This document shows, piece after piece, positions 1 through 9,332 of a stretch of 64,000 bases of DNA. Position 1 is the first letter of the stretch, and every line of letters starts with the position of its first letter. Under the pieces are notes generated by a model, which was given only the letters and a program-made list of their open reading frames with translations, did no database searches and was not told the DNA's origin. Position numbers and translations under genes: made by a program. The DNA lies in the NCBI GenBank assembly GCA_900314685.1, contig OMWE01000005.1:25315-89314 (forward strand), given 5' to 3'. The stretch comes from an uncultured Actinomycetes bacterium. GTDB taxonomy: Bacteria > Actinomycetota > Coriobacteriia > Coriobacteriales > Atopobiaceae.

Positions 1-249
1 ATCCCACTCGTCCGAGTAGAAGAGGTCGCCGTAGGGCGTGTTCACCGCGACCTTGCCGGACTCAAGCGGCTCTTGCGCCGAATCCGCCTGCGCTGAACCA
101 GCGCCGGACTCGGCGCTGCCATTCGCCGCCGGCTTGCCGGAAGCGCTGCACCCCGCGAGCAAGAGGGCTGCGGCAAGGGCAATGGCCGGAAGCCCCACCG
201 CTTGCCTGCGCAGCATCTCGCGCATCGTATGCTTGACTATACGTGCCAT
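1..249 (-). CDS. Lipoprotein, N-terminal part (runs off window start)
   Basis: Hand translation from ATG at 249: MARIVKH...ALAAALLLAGCSASGK...; basic N-region, hydrophobic stretch and LAGC lipobox; open to base 1; overlaps the upstream gene stop. Confidence 0.7.
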   Translation of the reverse strand, partial: MARIVKHTMREMLRRQAVGLPAIALAAALLLAGCSASGKPAANGSAESGAGSAQADSAQEPLESGKVAVNTPYGDLFYSDEWD

Positions 250-1598
250 CCGTCCCTATCCAATCCCTTATGATCGATGGAGGCGGCTTCACGTAGAATG
301 CCGCCCATATTATTCAAATTGCATTCAGCATTATGACACCGTTGTACAAGTTTGTGCTCGTGTATCAACAAACTGGCAACGCTCGTCCCAGAGACGAGCG
401 CACTCCGTAGGAGAGCAGGTACCTCAGCCGGGTCCTCCGCCACCAGCGCGGCGTCGTTGTCTCGCAGATACTCGACCGAGGCGATGTCCGCGGGCCCGAC
501 GCAGACGACGACCGCGCCGCTCGCCAGGTACTCCCCTATCTTGGTCGAGCAGGAATAGCGTGTCCTCTCCTTGAAGGCCGGCTCCGAGGACTCCACCAGG
601 AGGAGGAACCGCGCAGAGGCTTGGACGCGCCCCACCCCCTCACGGTCCAGGGAGCCGCAATACCGGATGCCCGGCGCATCGCGCAGGCGACTCAACGTCT
701 TGGGGTTCTCGTCGCCCGTGTACACGTCCACATGCCCTAGACCGGCAATCCCGGCCTGAGCCAGGGCCCGCCCCGCGGCAAGAAGCACGTCGAGCCTTCC
801 CACGCCGAGCCCGCCCACATAGCAGATGCCTGCGCGTTCCTCCCACGGCAGCGGCGCGGCGGGCTCCCTGGCGCCGATTCGCAGCACGTGGATGGGCACA
901 TCGAACAGCGCAGCGTAGTCGCGCTGCATCTTCTCACTGATCGTGATGACCGACGCGATCTTGGGCTTGAGGGCGTCGAGACTTCGCATGAGCATTCGGC
1001 GTCCCAGCCCTCGCACGGAGTGCCCCAGGTAGTAATCGTCCATGCACCACAGAACCACCGGCAGGCCCAGCCGCTCCGACAAGAGGAGCGTCACATCATA
1101 GGCAAAGGCATAATCGCCGGCTGCGAAGAGTATGACGTCGGGTGCAAAGACGCGCGCCCAGCCGAGAAGGGCATCCTCATCGAGACGCCCCGCGCGCCAG
1201 AGGGTACCGCGAGCGGCATAGGTAAGACGCGTCCTTTTGCGGCCTAGCTGGTAGACGCGGGCAATGGCGCCCTTGTCAGTGCGAGAGCGGGCTTGGCCTA
1301 CGCGACGCTCGGAAGGCCCGATTGCCCGCCCCGCCTTGCCGCGGCCCGCCACGGAGTGCAGCATGTCCACGTCCGTCACCCGAAAGTACGTAGAGCAGCC
1401 ATCGCTCGTAGGCACTTCGGAGTGGAAATAGACCTGAGCCAGGCAGTCGGCGGGTATGCCCGCGAGCAGGCTCGCCATGGTCTTGCCCATCGCCGTGGAG
1501 CCGCCGAGCACGTTGTGGCTCACCACCAGCACGCGAGGGTATTGCTCCTCGCCACCGCGGGGATGCTGTTCAGCCGAGCTTTGACCCACGCCGCTCAT
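237..1598 (-). CDS. Glycosyltransferase (GT-B fold, family 4-like)
   Basis: 453 aa; N-terminal VLVVSH, C-terminal ICYVGGL...K(I)GEYLASG motif; ATGA overlap with licD. Confidence 0.75.
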   Translation of the reverse strand: MSGVGQSSAEQHPRGGEEQYPRVLVVSHNVLGGSTAMGKTMASLLAGIPADCLAQVYFHSEVPTSDGCSTYFRVTDVDMLHSVAGRGKAGRAIGPSERRVGQARSRTDKGAIARVYQLGRKRTRLTYAARGTLWRAGRLDEDALLGWARVFAPDVILFAAGDYAFAYDVTLLLSERLGLPVVLWCMDDYYLGHSVRGLGRRMLMRSLDALKPKIASVITISEKMQRDYAALFDVPIHVLRIGAREPAAPLPWEERAGICYVGGLGVGRLDVLLAAGRALAQAGIAGLGHVDVYTGDENPKTLSRLRDAPGIRYCGSLDREGVGRVQASARFLLLVESSEPAFKERTRYSCSTKIGEYLASGAVVVCVGPADIASVEYLRDNDAALVAEDPAEVPALLRSALVSGTSVASLLIHEHKLVQRCHNAECNLNNMGGILREAASIDHKGLDRDGWHV

Positions 1599-2476
1599 CG
1601 TATGCTCCTGGTGAGCACGTCGAACTCCATGGTGTCTTGGATGCCCACGTACCTCTCGTAGGAGTTGCTCAGGTCCACCAACACCGCGTGCACCTTCTGG
1701 GCTCGCTCTCCCTCGGGACTCGGCGTCATGTAGTCACCGTACAGGGTCCTCAGCAGCTCGTCGTAGTGGGCCGACACGGGGTAAAGCCCGTCTTCGAAGG
1801 GAACTCTCACGCTTTCCGACAACCACTCCCTGAGATAGATCGCATGCGAGAACCGCCGTGATGCGCCAAAGAAGGTATGCACCCGAGCCGACCCGGCGTC
1901 ATTCCCGCGCATAACGAGCTTACGGTTTGCCTCCATCGGAAGAATGCGGCAGGCCCCCATGAAGATCTTCTTGAGCGCGCTGTCCGTGAGATACCCGCGT
2001 GCTTCCAGACACTTGGCTATGACCACCTTGGACGCCAGGAATTGCAGACGTGCCACAAGGCCGCTATCCGCCAAGTTGTCGCACGGGAAGATGTCAATGT
2101 AGACCCCCTGGTGCGTCCTCGGGTCGCGGGGCCGGTACCGCTCGATGCAGGCGGTGCCGTTCTTGCGGAGCTTGGAGAACTGCATGGGCCAGTGCTCCGA
2201 GAACTCCGCCTGCACATAGTAGGTCTCGGGGTCGAGCTCGCGCGGAGCCACCGCGAGGAAACGGTCGTAGTCCTCCCGCAGCATGACCACATCGAGGTCA
2301 TCGTCCCAGGGGATGAAGCCCCGGTGGCGCACCGCCCCCAGGGCACTGCCTGCAAAGAGCTGGTAGGCGATACCGTTTCTCTGGCACACGGCGTCCAGGT
2401 CCCGTAGCATGCCCAGGAGGCAGAGCTGGTGCTCCCTGAGGGTGGCGGTCTGTATGGCGTTGGCGTCTACCTGCAC
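1595..2476 (-). CDS. licD: LicD family phosphotransferase
   Basis: GSALGAVRHRGFIPWDDDLDV and YIDIFPCD motifs typical of LicD. Confidence 0.9.
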   Translation of the reverse strand: MQVDANAIQTATLREHQLCLLGMLRDLDAVCQRNGIAYQLFAGSALGAVRHRGFIPWDDDLDVVMLREDYDRFLAVAPRELDPETYYVQAEFSEHWPMQFSKLRKNGTACIERYRPRDPRTHQGVYIDIFPCDNLADSGLVARLQFLASKVVIAKCLEARGYLTDSALKKIFMGACRILPMEANRKLVMRGNDAGSARVHTFFGASRRFSHAIYLREWLSESVRVPFEDGLYPVSAHYDELLRTLYGDYMTPSPEGERAQKVHAVLVDLSNSYERYVGIQDTMEFDVLTRSIR

Positions 2477-3111
2477 GTAGGGACCCTCCCCACCACGGGC
2501 TTGCCAAGAAGCTCCTCTACCTCACGTCCGCTCTCCACCTTGCCCTGCGCCATCTCCCTGGCGACGAGCCACACGAGGACCAGGGCGAACGTCGCCGCAA
2601 ACGCAACGGCGCAGTATATCTTCCGGGGAGGCCCGCTCGTATGCTCTGGCGGGAGGGCTGCGCTGACGACCGAGACGCCGCCCCTCCCCAAGAGCATCTC
2701 TGCCTGCCGGTTGAACGTCTCTGTCAGGGCATTGGCAATGTCAGCCACAACGTCCGGGTCGACTCCCGTGACCGACACCATGATGATCCGCGTGTTGTCG
2801 ACTATCTGCACGCGGACCACGTACCCGTCGAGATCGGGCATCCCCAGGGAATGTGCGACCTTCAGCTGCGTCTGCGGGTCTTCCGCCATGGCGGCGAAGT
2901 CGTCCGCCATGAGGCTGGCGGCGCGGAGCTCCGAGGCGGTGAGCGAAGTGCCGTCAGCTTCGGCGGTGGCGATAAGCGTTGCCGTCGCTGTATACCAGTT
3001 CGGCAAGGCGTAATTGCTCCCTACCCACACGACAGCAGCGACCACAAGCGAGGGAAGAAGAACAAGCGCAATGTTCCTCCGCGCGAGGCGAATGACGTCG
3101 GCGAGGCTCAT
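2467..3111 (-). CDS. Polysaccharide chain-length determinant (Wzz/CpsC-like)
   Basis: Two terminal TM segments, YTATATL after TM1, P-x-x-P-S-G-P before TM2. Confidence 0.8.
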   Translation of the reverse strand: MSLADVIRLARRNIALVLLPSLVVAAVVWVGSNYALPNWYTATATLIATAEADGTSLTASELRAASLMADDFAAMAEDPQTQLKVAHSLGMPDLDGYVVRVQIVDNTRIIMVSVTGVDPDVVADIANALTETFNRQAEMLLGRGGVSVVSAALPPEHTSGPPRKIYCAVAFAATFALVLVWLVAREMAQGKVESGREVEELLGKPVVGRVPTCR

Positions 3112-3878
3112 CGGGCGTCAGGCCTCCTGCGGTACTTGTGCGCCCCAAAGGCGGCGTACTTACCTATGGCACGGACGCTCTGGCTCCAAGGGAGGCCCAG
3201 ATAGTCCCTCAGCACGCGCCATCTGCCCAGGGCGCTTCCAAGCTTGTTGGATGCTCGCGAGCCTGAAACCTGTCGGTAGCAGGCCAGGACTTCAGCTGTC
3301 CCGTACGCCGTGCACCCGTCTCTCAGCATGGCGAGCCAAAGGGCCAGGTCCTCGTGCTGCACTCCTGTGGGAAAAGGGCCCTCCGGCAGGGAAGATGCCC
3401 TCAACAGGGCAGTCGAGCAGCTGATAACGCTCTGGGAGAGCATGGAATCGAAGGTAGTTCGTTTCGGCACTAGGAAGTCGGCACACACCGGTATTCCGTC
3501 CTCGCCCACAATCGAGTATGAGCAGTAGACCATGTCGGCATGGGTCCGTTCGGCAAGTTCGACCTGAGTCGCAAGCTTGCCGGGGAGCCAGTAGTCATCG
3601 GCATCGAGAAGAGCCACGTAGCGCCCGTTCGCCAGAGAGATTCCCCGATTGCGCGTGCGTGCCACACCGAGGTTCTCCCTGTTCGAGACCAGCCTTGCGC
3701 GGGGTTCGCCGGCGATGGCCTCGCTCGCCACCTCGCAGGTAGCATCGGCAGAGGAGTCGTCCACGACGATGAGCTCCCAGTCGCCATAGGCCTGAGACAG
3801 GACGGAGACAATAGCCTCCCCGACGAAACGCTCAGCATTGTATGCGGGCATCACTACACTGACCATGGGCGTCTTCAT
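3108..3878 (-). CDS. Glycosyltransferase family 2 (TuaG-like)
   Basis: VSVVMPAYN, VVDDSS, LDADD and HED motifs. Confidence 0.9.
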   Translation of the reverse strand: MKTPMVSVVMPAYNAERFVGEAIVSVLSQAYGDWELIVVDDSSADATCEVASEAIAGEPRARLVSNRENLGVARTRNRGISLANGRYVALLDADDYWLPGKLATQVELAERTHADMVYCSYSIVGEDGIPVCADFLVPKRTTFDSMLSQSVISCSTALLRASSLPEGPFPTGVQHEDLALWLAMLRDGCTAYGTAEVLACYRQVSGSRASNKLGSALGRWRVLRDYLGLPWSQSVRAIGKYAAFGAHKYRRRPDAR

Positions 3879-3879
3879 G

Positions 3880-4602
3880 CTAGCGCGCTCCCCGCGAGGA
3901 GCCGCCGAAGACCACGCCCACGGTCTGGACCATGATCTTGAGGTCCAGGCTGACGCTCGCTCTCTTTATGTAGTCCAGGTCGTACACGATCTTCTTCTCG
4001 GGCAAGAGATCGTAGCCGCCATTGACCTGGGCAAGGCCCGTGATACCCGGGCGCGCCATGAGCCGCTGCTCGAAGCCGTGTATGTACTTGTCGAACTCGC
4101 GGTAGAACACCGCGCGTTCGGGACGCGGGCCCACGATGCTGAGGTCGCCCTTGATGACTCCCCAAAATTGCGGCGTCTCGTCGAAGCGGGATCGCCTGAG
4201 CCTGCGACCGAAAGGCGTCACCCTGGGGTCATCGTTCATGGCCCACTGCGCCCCATCGGCCTCGGCGTCTATCCGCATGGTGCGAAACTTCACCAGCTTG
4301 AACGGTTTGCCATCCTTCCCCAGCCGCTCCTGCACGTAGAAGACCGGCCCCGGAGAGTCCGCCTTGATCCTTATCGCGACAACAACCATGGGGATGAAGA
4401 GCAGTATCAGCGCCACGATACTTGCGACCACATCGAACAGGCGCTTGACTACCAGGTAACTCGTCCGTTTCCTCACTTGCTGGGGGTCGAGACGCTCGAC
4501 CTCGACGATGCGGGAGCGGTCCACCAGGCCGCTGCTCGCCTCGGCAATGAACTCGTCGGAGTCGGGGTTGACCAACTTTGTGCGCTGCGGGGATGCGATC
4601 AT
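3880..4602 (-). CDS. Priming sugar transferase (Bac_transf, CpsE/WcaJ C-terminal type)
   Basis: KRLFD, KFRTM, DETPQFW, SIVGPRPE, PGITGLAQV motifs; start reassigned to ATG 4602 just after the epimerase stop. Confidence 0.9.
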   Translation of the reverse strand: MIASPQRTKLVNPDSDEFIAEASSGLVDRSRIVEVERLDPQQVRKRTSYLVVKRLFDVVASIVALILLFIPMVVVAIRIKADSPGPVFYVQERLGKDGKPFKLVKFRTMRIDAEADGAQWAMNDDPRVTPFGRRLRRSRFDETPQFWGVIKGDLSIVGPRPERAVFYREFDKYIHGFEQRLMARPGITGLAQVNGGYDLLPEKKIVYDLDYIKRASVSLDLKIMVQTVGVVFGGSSRGAR

Positions 4603-4604
4603 CT

Positions 4605-5780
4605 TCAGCGCTTTCTCCACACGAACCGGTCCACGACACCGGTGTAACTCTGGATGATCTTGACGACTTTGGTGCTCACGTTCTGGTCTGCGTAGTCCGG
4701 CACCACAGAGGGCAGCTCGCCCTGGCGCACCATGTCGACCGCCAGGTCCACAGACTGCAGGAGGCCCCGCTCGTCGTTGCCCGCCAGCACAAAGACGCCC
4801 CGCTCCATGGCTTCTGGGCGCTCTGTGGAGGTCCGCACGCACACGGCCGGAAAAGGACGGCCGATGCTTGCGAAATAGGCGGCCTCCTCGGGCAGGGTGC
4901 CGCTGTCGCTCACCACGCAATAGGCGTTGGCCTGCAGGCAGTTGTAGTCGTGGAAGCCGAGGGGCTCGTGGCGCACCACCAGCGGGTCCAGCTCAAAGCC
5001 GGACTCCTCCAGGCGTTTCTTGCTTCTAGGGTGGCAGCTGTAGAGCACAGGCATCCGGTAGGTGCGGGCTATAGCGTTGATAGCGCCGAAGAGGCTCTCG
5101 AAGTTCTCCCGGGTGTCTATGTTCTCCTCGCGGTGGGCGGAAAGCAGGATGTAGCGGCCCTTCTCCAGGCCAAGGCGCCGATGCACGTCGCTGGTGTCTA
5201 TCTGCGGCAGGTTGTGCTGCAGCACCTCCGCCATGGGGCTCCCTGTGACGAAGGTGCGCTCGGGCGCGCAGCCCGTTGCAGCCAGCCAGCGGCGCGCCGC
5301 TTCCGAGTAGGCCAGGTTGACGTCCGAGATCACGTCCACGATGCGCCGGTTGGTCTCCTCCGGCAGGCACTCGTCCTTGCAACGGTTACCCGCCTCCATG
5401 TGGAAGATGGGTATATGCAGCCGCTTGGCGCCGATGACGGCAAGGCAGCTATTGGTGTCCCCCAGCACGAGGACCGCATCGGGCTCGATCTGCGCCATGA
5501 GCTCGTAACCGAGCGAGATGATATTACCCATGGTCTGGCCCAGGTCCTCGCCCACCGCGTCCAGATAGACGTCCGGCGCGTCCAGGCCCAGATCCTCGAA
5601 GAAAACCCCGTTGAGGTTGTAGTCCCAGTTTTGCCCCGTGTGGCAGAGCAGGCAGTCGAAGTGCCTGCGGCAGGCCTTTATGACCTCGGAGAGACGGATG
5701 ATCTCCGGCCGGGTGCCCACGATGATGAGCAGGCGCAGGCGACCGTCCTGCTTGAAGGCCACATCAAACGCGCGTGTCAT
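4605..5780 (-). CDS. wecB: UDP-N-acetylhexosamine 2-epimerase, FnlC/Cap5G-type
   Basis: GTRPEIIRL, HTGQN, HMEAGNRC, PEETNRR, SDSGTLPEE motifs; adjacent to fnlA/fnlB homologues. Confidence 0.9.
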   Translation of the reverse strand: MTRAFDVAFKQDGRLRLLIIVGTRPEIIRLSEVIKACRRHFDCLLCHTGQNWDYNLNGVFFEDLGLDAPDVYLDAVGEDLGQTMGNIISLGYELMAQIEPDAVLVLGDTNSCLAVIGAKRLHIPIFHMEAGNRCKDECLPEETNRRIVDVISDVNLAYSEAARRWLAATGCAPERTFVTGSPMAEVLQHNLPQIDTSDVHRRLGLEKGRYILLSAHREENIDTRENFESLFGAINAIARTYRMPVLYSCHPRSKKRLEESGFELDPLVVRHEPLGFHDYNCLQANAYCVVSDSGTLPEEAAYFASIGRPFPAVCVRTSTERPEAMERGVFVLAGNDERGLLQSVDLAVDMVRQGELPSVVPDYADQNVSTKVVKIIQSYTGVVDRFVWRKR

Positions 5781-7004
5781 CTAGACCTCCTCGTGGAACG
5801 TGTCCGGCCTTGTGGGATCAAAGCACTCGCTCGCCCACATGAGGGTGACGAGATCCTGCGTGGCAGAGGTATTGGTGATGCTGTGGGTGTAGCCCGGAGC
5901 CATCTCGACCACCGTGGGGCGGTCCCCCGTCACGCGCCATTCCACTATAGGATAAGCGTGCCCTTCCCCGTCACGCCCCACACGACGCTCACGGATGAGG
6001 CCCTCGCCCGACACGACGACGAACTTCTCCCATTTGGTGTGATGCCAGTGCTGACCCTTGGTGACGCCCGGCTTGATCACGTTGACCGAGACTTGGCCTC
6101 GATCCGCTGTGCGAATGAGCTCGGTGAAGCTTCCGCGGGCGTCGACGTGAGACTCTGGCACGTAGGCGAGATTCTCCGGTTCCAAGTAGCTCAGGTATGT
6201 GGCATAGAGCTTCTTCTCGAATGAACCGTCGGTGCAATCCGGCACCTCAAGGCCATCACGCATACGAGAAAAGCACCGCAGCATGTCGGCCAACTCTCCC
6301 ACTGTGATGCGGTCTGTGGTAGGCACATAGCAGAAGGGCCCGTCTGGCCTGGATACGGGCTCGACGCCCGCATAATCACAGCGGTGGACGCGACCGCAGA
6401 GCGCGTCGAGCACCGCCCCTACCAGGTCGTCGATATAGGTGAGCTCCAGGAGCACCGACGGGTCGTTGACCTGCAGGGGCAACCCATGAGCCATGTTGTA
6501 GCAGAAGGTGGCAACCACGGAATTGTAGTTGGGTCGGCACCACTTGCCATACGTATTGGAGAAGCGGAACACGTACGTAAGCGCACCGGTCTTCTTGCCG
6601 TATCGACACAAGCGCTTCTCTGCCGCGAGTTTGCTTTTACCATAGGCGCTCCCGGTATAGCGCCCCACAAGAGACGCCTGGATAGAGCTGGAGAAGACGA
6701 CCGGACAAGGATTCCCCGCCGCCTCGAGAGCACACAGCACCGCCTCGAGCGAGCCGAGGTTGCCCGTCTCAAACTCCGCATCATTCTCAGGCCGGTTGAC
6801 ACCCGCAAGATGCACCACGGCATCGGCTCTGGCGCACATGCCGAGCAGCTGGTCAGGGGGTGTATCCACGTCGCTCGTCATGACCTCGAGCGGCAGGAGC
6901 TGCTGGTACTGGGGCCTGCGGTCCTTGCCGTCGCGTATGGCCTCGAGCGAGGCGACCAGATTCTGCCCCATGAAGCCTCTTGCGCCTGTGACGAGCACCC
7001 TCAT
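5781..7004 (-). CDS. FnlB/CapF/WbjC-type SDR reductase with C-terminal cupin domain
   Basis: TGARGFMG Rossmann motif, YGKSK, GKWCRPNYNSVVATFC, cupin GQHWHHTKWEKF. Confidence 0.9.
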   Translation of the reverse strand: MRVLVTGARGFMGQNLVASLEAIRDGKDRRPQYQQLLPLEVMTSDVDTPPDQLLGMCARADAVVHLAGVNRPENDAEFETGNLGSLEAVLCALEAAGNPCPVVFSSSIQASLVGRYTGSAYGKSKLAAEKRLCRYGKKTGALTYVFRFSNTYGKWCRPNYNSVVATFCYNMAHGLPLQVNDPSVLLELTYIDDLVGAVLDALCGRVHRCDYAGVEPVSRPDGPFCYVPTTDRITVGELADMLRCFSRMRDGLEVPDCTDGSFEKKLYATYLSYLEPENLAYVPESHVDARGSFTELIRTADRGQVSVNVIKPGVTKGQHWHHTKWEKFVVVSGEGLIRERRVGRDGEGHAYPIVEWRVTGDRPTVVEMAPGYTHSITNTSATQDLVTLMWASECFDPTRPDTFHEEV

Positions 7005-8059
7005 CGGCCGGCCTCCGCGAGGGCCCGCTGCACGTACTCGGCCGTCTTTATCTTCTCGATGGTGCCTGCGACATCCAGGCGCGTAGTGTTGTCGCTGGTA
7101 TAGCTCTCGTCTGCCATGGTGCGCACCTCGCCCTGCACCACGAACTTATCGTAGTTGAGGTCGCGGGAGTCGGCGTGCACCCGGAAGTACCGACCCATGT
7201 CCTCGGAGCGCAGGCGCTCCTCACGGGTCATGAGGGTCTCGTTGAGCTTCTCGCCGTGGCGTGAGCCGATGACCTTGACGCCCGTGTGGCCGAAGAGGCA
7301 CTGCACGGCCTCGGCAAGGTCGCCGATCGTGGACGCCGGGGACTTCTGGATGAAGAGGTCGCCGGGGTTGGCGTGCTCGAAGGCAAAGCTCACCAGGTCC
7401 ACGGCCTCATCGAGGTTCATCAGGAACCGCGTCATATTGGGGTCTGTGACAGTAACCGGTTCACCTGCGCGAATCTGCTCGATGAAGAGGGGAATCACGC
7501 TGCCGCGCGAGCACATCACGTTGCCATAACGGGTGCAGCAGATGGTAGTGCGACCCGCGCCAAGACGGGCGTTGGCATAGACAATCTTTTCCATCATGGC
7601 CTTGGAGGTGCCCATGGCGTTGATTGGGTAGGCGGCTTTGTCCGTGGAGAGGCAGACAACCTTTTGCACACCCTCGTCGATTGCCGCGTGGAGCACGTTG
7701 TCGGTACCGATGACATTGGTGCGCACGGCCTCCATGGGGAAAAACTCGCAACTAGGCACCTGTTTGAGGGCCGCCGCGTGGAAGATGTAGTCCACGCCGT
7801 GCATGGCATCGCGCACCGACTGCGGATTGCGGACATCGCCGATATAAAAACGAACCTTGCCCGCCTCTGCGGGATGCTCCTGCTGCAGAAGGTGACGCAT
7901 GTCGTCCTGCTTCTTCTCGTCGCGCGAGAAGATACGGATTTCGGCAAGATCCGATTCGAGGAAGTGTTTGAGCACGGTCGAGCCAAAAGAGCCGGTCCCG
8001 CCGGTGATCATCAAGGTCTTGCCGTCAAGAATTGAATCGCTCGTCATTTTGTCGGACAT
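7001..8059 (-). CDS. FnlA/CapE/WbjB-type UDP-GlcNAc 4,6-dehydratase/5-epimerase
   Basis: TGGTGSFG, FSRDEKKQDDMR, HAAALKQVPSCEF, STDKAAYPINAMG, RYGNVMCSRGSVIP; start placed at ATG 8059 behind GAGGGGAG. Confidence 0.92.
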   Translation of the reverse strand: MSDKMTSDSILDGKTLMITGGTGSFGSTVLKHFLESDLAEIRIFSRDEKKQDDMRHLLQQEHPAEAGKVRFYIGDVRNPQSVRDAMHGVDYIFHAAALKQVPSCEFFPMEAVRTNVIGTDNVLHAAIDEGVQKVVCLSTDKAAYPINAMGTSKAMMEKIVYANARLGAGRTTICCTRYGNVMCSRGSVIPLFIEQIRAGEPVTVTDPNMTRFLMNLDEAVDLVSFAFEHANPGDLFIQKSPASTIGDLAEAVQCLFGHTGVKVIGSRHGEKLNETLMTREERLRSEDMGRYFRVHADSRDLNYDKFVVQGEVRTMADESYTSDNTTRLDVAGTIEKIKTAEYVQRALAEAGR

Positions 8060-8352
8060 CTCCCCTCTCGCGCCGTCACCATATGGACCGCCCTCTTGCG
8101 CGATCCGCCGCCTGATTCCCCATAGTAAACCGAATACCCCAATGTGCTGTACAAGCCAGCCCATGCGCACATAAATTTAGGCACTTCTTCCGCAACTCTG
8201 AAGCGCCTATCGCAGTGCCGCACGTTATGCTCATCGCCAGCAAGGCGAGACGGCGGTCAAGCGACAGCGGATATTTTATCGTGTAGTCAACTCCTGGTAC
8301 GAAGGGAATCCACCGTACGCGCCAGGCGGCGCTGACGGCACGTCAGCTGCGC

Positions 8353-9048
8353 TTAGTCCCACACATGCCGGGGAAGCCTTTTACCGTATTTTTTGGCAGC
8401 CCGGGCAAGAAGGTCGTAGTGATGCGGGTTGTGTGCATCGCTTGCGATGTGCGTGTAGAGACCACGGCGGAATAACTCACGGGCGGGTTTCTTCTCTCTG
8501 CCGAGGCGGCCACCCTCGATGAAATCCGCGCTCGCCTGCAAATCGCAACCCATGTTCACGAGCTCTTCCGCCAAGCCGAGATCCTGCTGAATCGCACGGT
8601 AGCGTTCGGGGTGCGCGACTATTATGTGGTAGCCCTCCCCCTGCAACCGAAATACCAGGCGCTCGTAATCATCGTAACGCGAGGGTGACGCACCCACAGA
8701 GAGTTCCAGAAGCAGATCCCGGCTGCGCTCCGTGCAGAGACGGGGCAACCAGTCCAGACCCAGCTCCTCGAGCTTGCGGACATTGACCTCAAATCCCATG
8801 GTCACCGGCACCGGGGGCAGGCCCTTCTTGGCCAGCCAAGAGGCGGACTCCTGGGCGAAGGCTTCGTAGGCGCGGAAATCGCGCTTGTAGTCTTCGATCC
8901 CATCGAAGTACGGGTCACGCACATGCGGGGTACAGGTAATGGCCGATACGCCTGCACGCAACGCCGCTTGCAGCATCGCAAGTGAATCTGCCATTGTCTG
9001 CGCGCCGTCATCGACGCCAGGCAGAATGTGGCAGTGAATGTCGTGCAT
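8353..9048 (-). CDS. CpsB/CapC PHP-family protein tyrosine phosphatase
   Basis: DIHCHILPGVDDGA, TPH, AHPERY, ASDAH motifs. Confidence 0.9.
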   Translation of the reverse strand: MHDIHCHILPGVDDGAQTMADSLAMLQAALRAGVSAITCTPHVRDPYFDGIEDYKRDFRAYEAFAQESASWLAKKGLPPVPVTMGFEVNVRKLEELGLDWLPRLCTERSRDLLLELSVGASPSRYDDYERLVFRLQGEGYHIIVAHPERYRAIQQDLGLAEELVNMGCDLQASADFIEGGRLGREKKPARELFRRGLYTHIASDAHNPHHYDLLARAAKKYGKRLPRHVWD

Positions 9049-9332
9049 GAATGCCTCCCAATCCCGCAGAGTCAGATGTCAGTAATCTCCCCCGTCGACG
9101 CCGGCGAGGTTCGTGGGCTAGCCTCGCAACACGCGGCTTGATTCGCGCCTGACTAATTAGCTTGAGGTCTGCAGACGGGGATGCGAACGGCACAAGTATA
9201 CGCAGTGCGAAGTATCCTCCCAAACCCGTCCCAGCAATCACCGGAATGGCGCGCATCTCGGAATCCGCCACCGGAAAGCGTCCGGTCTATTCCCACGCCA
9301 TCGGACACGAGGTCAAACACGGATGAGGCGCA

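Noticed and set aside
3880-4920. 346-aa version of the sugar transferase
   Set aside because: The N-terminal 106 codons overlap wecB in another frame; ATG 4602 is the plausible start
4578-6224. 548-aa plus-strand ORF
   Set aside because: Antisense shadow of wecB/fnlB caused by high GC3 codon bias; no recognisable motifs
9049-9332. Possible structured leader upstream of the polysaccharide locus
   Set aside because: Only short 6-7-bp complementarities, expected by chance at this GC content; no recognisable riboswitch consensus
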